From: Hemiscyllium ocellatum
Taxonomy: Eukaryota
Assembly (NCBI RefSeq): GCF_020745735.1
Contig: NC_083412.1
Coordinates: 17,912,235 to 17,976,234 of the forward strand
Length of the DNA stretch: 64,000 nt
Direction: 5' to 3'
The position numbers and the translations under genes were made by a program. Positions 60,178 to 64,000 of this stretch are shown piece by piece. The notes beneath the pieces were generated by a model. It did not search any database, was not told where the DNA came from, and saw only the letters and a program-made list of their open reading frames with translations. Each line of letters begins with the position of its first letter. Position 1 is the first letter of the stretch.

Positions 60178-62689
60178 AATAAATAGCGCCAAGAAACAGC
60201 AAGGAGCAGCAGACATTGATTAAAGTTATTTATAGGCCATCAAATAGAAGTGGTAGTCTGGGGCCTAGTAGTAATGAGGAAAGGAGAGAGCATGTAGCAC
60301 GGGCAACACAGTAATCATGAGGTTACTTCAATCTGTATATAAACTGAATAAATGAATTAATCAATGAAGTTGTGGAAAATGAGTATCTGGAACATGTTAG
60401 GAATTGTTTTCTAGATCAGTATGTTGATAAGCCAACTAAAGGACATGCTATTTTAGATATAGTATCATGGAATGCAGAAGGATTAATTAACAATCTTCTT
60501 GTAACAGAGCCTTTAGGGATGAGCGAGCAGAATTTTATATTGTGAGAGTGAGGTAGTTAATTCTGAAGGACGGCTGCTAAATTTGAACAAGGGAAATTAT
60601 GAAAGCAAAAGGCACAAATTGGCTGAGCTAGATTGGGGAACCACATTAAAAAGCATGACTATATAAGCAATGGATAATCTTTAAATAACTCTTACACGGC
60701 TTATTGCAACAGTACATCCCATTGAGGTGCAGAAACACACACACGTTTAGTCACCATCTCCTGGTGACTGAAGAAGAAAGTTATGAATGATATAAAATTG
60801 AAAGAAAAGGCTTATTGACTCTCCATAAATAGTAATAACAGTAAGAATTGGGAAGTTTTTTTTAAGAATACAGTAAAAGAGGACTCAGAAAATGATAAAG
60901 AAAGGAAGAATTGAATATGAATTCAACCGACCAACATATGTGAAATGGACTGTCGAAGCTTCTACAAGTACACAAAAAAAAAACATTTGGCTGCCACAAA
61001 AGTGAACGGCAGAGACAGGAGAATTTATGATGGGGAAACAGAGAAATGGCAGAAAAGCAAAATGATCACTTTGTGTCTTTTTTCACTGAGGAAAGATAAC
61101 AGAAATCTCCCAGAGCAAGAGATCCAAGTGACCAGGAACATTGCTGAGTCGCAGGAAATTAGTATCAGGAAGAAGTTGGCATGAGAAAGTGAGTGGGGCT
61201 GAAAGTTGATAGGTCCATGGGATCTGTTAGTCTACATACCAGAGGGATGAAGGAGGTGGCTGTAGAGATCTATATTGGTGATTATCTTCCAAAACTTCTA
61301 CAGATTCCGGAATGATCCCTGTAGACTGGAAAGGAGGAAGGAGCAAGAGAGAAAATGGGGAACTACAGACCCGACAGATTCACATCAGTGGTAGGAAAAA
61401 TATTAATTCTAACATTGTGATAAATGGATACTTGGGTAAGAATGATCTGAATGGGTGTAGTCAGCATGGGTTTGTGAATGGGAAATCACGTTTGACAAAG
61501 ATGTTGGAGCTTTTAATCAGTTGTTGTGCCTAAAATTGATAAAGAGCATTCAATGAATGTAGTAGGAATTTGAGTATGAGGGTAAAAATTCTAAAAATTG
61601 AAACATTATTTGAGGCTGAGTGAGGAGAATTTAAGTGATGGTACTTTAATTGGACTAGGACTCAGTGGAAGGTCATCAGCAGAGCTTTGGTTGGATGGGG
61701 TGTCTATCAGGGGGAGGGTTTCTGGACAAGCTTTCACTCCATAATAATGAAAAAGTAGTGGACTTTGTAACATTACAGATGATGCATTCAGATAACCACA
61801 GGAAGCTTATATCTCAGAGATATAAAGATTCAGTACGGAAAACTCCATCATCTCAGCAACTCAGCCAGGAATAACAATCCTCACAATATCTATGCTAATA
61901 TGATGAGCAGCTCAAGGAGGTGCAGGCAGATGAGGACTGGGCATTGTACCAATCCAGACAGGTAACATTTGGATAATGAAGCAAGTCGAAGCAAGACTTC
62001 ACCAAAACCTTCTTCCATCAGATCCTAACCTCACGTGCTCTGACTTTGCTGTCAATGCATGCAGCTATTAATCCCAATCGCGACTTTATCTAAACTTTGC
62101 TATTTGAATTCTGGCTTCCTCTCGGTCTGGCTCACAGCTGGATTCTCTTTCTGAGTCCAGGTAACTAAGTTGAGAACAATTTTTGTCTGGGATCAAAACA
62201 GCTGCTTAAATTGAAGTATAACAAAGTGAAGTGGTCCTACACTGAACGATGGTATAATTCACCCTTTTCAATAACGAATCTAAATACATTTTCTATAAAC
62301 AGTAATTGTTAGTGATTTCTAAATATAAACAGAAAGCACAGCTGGTGTGATCATTTCCACTCTTTATTGAAGAAAGCTTTGGAAATGCATTTGAATGTGA
62401 GGAATTTTGAACAACCAGTTGGCCATGACTCATAAATGTTACAAAAATATAACTCTTTTTCCAAATGAATGGTTTTTGATGTTAGATACTTATAGAAATC
62501 CAGTATTTGGCTCAAACTCCGGCAACTCTCTTCCCACAATACTGTGATGCACAGGTGCTGGTGTTGGACTGGGGTGGACAACATCAGATGTCACATGACA
62601 CAGGGTTATAGTCCAACAGGTTTGTTTGAAATCACAAGAGCACTGCTCCTCCTTCAGGTGAAGGTCACAATGTTGTGAGTCTACTTACA

Positions 62690-62810
62690 GCCCAGGAACT
62701 GCGGAGGTTCAACAAGGTAGCTCGCCACCACCTTCTCATGGGCAACTAGGAATGGGCAATAAACGCTGGCCCAGCCAGTGATGCCCATGTGCTGTGAGTG
62801 AATAAAATGA
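62690..62810 (+). mobile_element. 3' end of the APE LINE whose tail is shared with the unnamed SINE
   Basis: ggttcaacaaggtagctcgccaccaccttctcatgggcaactaggaatgggcaataaacgctggcc. A reverse copy lies near 33670-33780. Confidence 0.6.
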
Positions 62811-63169
62811 AAAGAAAGAACAAACGGATGGTTGGCACATAGGAGGAGGTTTTTGTGAGATATTGAACAACCAGTAGCAGCTGCTTTACAACTCACCAGG
62901 CTTTCCTTTGCTCTTAACTGGTCAATGCTGATGTACATGGTCTATTTGAATTCCCTACTTTGTCACTTACTATGATACCATCAACGTGGCCTTCCATTCC
63001 CAGCCTGACCTCACAGGAGCTTCTCTTAACCCCCCACCACCATTCTTGAGAAATTGTCATTGTCCATGAACAATATCCCATTATTGGATAAGCAGGAACT
63101 TCTTTCAAGTAAATTATTTAGACTTTCAAATAAATTCCTGTTAAATGTTGGCAAGACTGAAGCCATCTT

Positions 63170-63820
63170 ATTCAATTGCTGCTCCAAACTCCATTGCCTG
63201 GTTACTGACCCCATCCCTCTTCCTGGCAGCTGAGGTGACACCAGTCGAGTTGAAACCCTAGTCTTCCCCATGACACTTTATACCTGTGCCATCATTAAGA
63301 CTGCCTGCTTCCATCTCTCTAATATCGCCCAGCATTGCTCCAATCTCTGTGCATTTGCTGCTGGAACCCTCATTCATGCTTCTGTTGCTTCTACACACAA
63401 CCATTCAAATGCCCGCCTTACTGGTCTCCCATATTCGGTGCTCCATTAATTTGAGCTCATCCAAATTCCTGCTGCTCATGTCTTAACTCAAAGCAAGCCC
63501 TGTTGCCCTTTCACTTCCTTGATCACTGACCTGCATTAGCTCCCAGTCAAGCAACTTGATGACGTTAAGACTCTCGTGCTTATTTCGAGATCCATGTCCT
63601 CAGCTTCCCTTTCTCAGAAATCTTCAGAAGCCTAGACATCAGTGGTCCTCTATCTCTAGTCTCATGTGTATTTCCAATTGTAATCACGCCACCATCTCTC
63701 CTCCTCTCTACCTCAGTTTCCCTCTTCAAAGCGCTCCTTCAAACCTATCATCTTAACCAATTTTTATTGAGCTTCCCGAATATCTATTAAATCTCTCCTG
63801 ATATTAAGTGGCTCAGTGTC
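63170..63820 (+). mobile_element. L2-clade LINE ORF2 C-terminal remnant
   Basis: TLIHASVAS..SNARLTGLP..LELIQIPAAHVLT..ITDLH*LPVKQ resembles L2 LIHAFVTSRLDYSN..LHWLPV. Confidence 0.7.
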
Positions 63821-64000
63821 ATGACTTGCACTTTCAGAACTGTCTTGGGATGTTTCATTACCTTAAACCCATGTAACTATGAGTTGCCATTGCTTTGCCT
63901 TTCTCCCTCTTGTCTGTATTTAAATATCCATGAGTTATAGCAATGTTATTCACCTCAACTGTTTCATGTGGTGTCAAGGGTGGCACAGTGGCTCAGTAGT

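Larger units (their letters stand above)
58390..61570 (+). mobile_element. Long decayed CR1 LINE (ORF1 esterase remnant, ORF2 endonuclease and RT start) with nested inserts
   Basis: AIVTRDYTVRGSDR (ORF1 GDS-type motif), FYLNAHSIPNKVDD|LKAQ..ITETWL (endonuclease), SQHGFVNGKSRLT (RT). Inserts at 59012-59240, 59505-59707 and 59931-60177. Confidence 0.8.

Overview
Eukaryotic, repeat-dense, apparently non-coding (intergenic or intronic) vertebrate DNA. The repeat set (HE1-type V-SINEs, HER1/CR1 LINEs, a Deu-domain SINE) points to a cartilaginous fish, most likely a shark. I find no intact protein-coding gene. Nearly all ORFs in the track are decayed retroelement frames, tandem-repeat read-through or chance. 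The window holds many CR1/HER1, L2, RTE and Tx1-like LINE fragments, two solo LTRs, a decayed Gypsy gag and one decayed Penelope-like element (PLE) with RT and GIY-YIG remnants. The most notable signal is about 20 short PLE-terminus insertions in four sequence families. They carry a minimal type-I hammerhead ribozyme motif (CUGANGA, one extra nt, stem II, GAAA, palindromic stem III, NUH); a few copies are intact and the rest are decayed or partial. The stems differ between families while pairing is kept. Many copies are back-to-back inverted pairs, often with 11-18 bp target-site duplications (TSDs). One is a near-perfect 251-bp palindrome with a ribozyme on both strands, and one is a tandem pair 343 nt apart (retrozyme-like). 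Hammerheads in PLEs are a known phenomenon, so any novelty lies in these families and architectures, not in the principle. Also notable: a tRNA-headed LINE with its apparent internal-deletion SINE, and a local inverted duplication or transduction. Repeat boundaries were read by eye and are approximate (about +/-20 bp) unless given to the base. Family names are from recall, not a database search.
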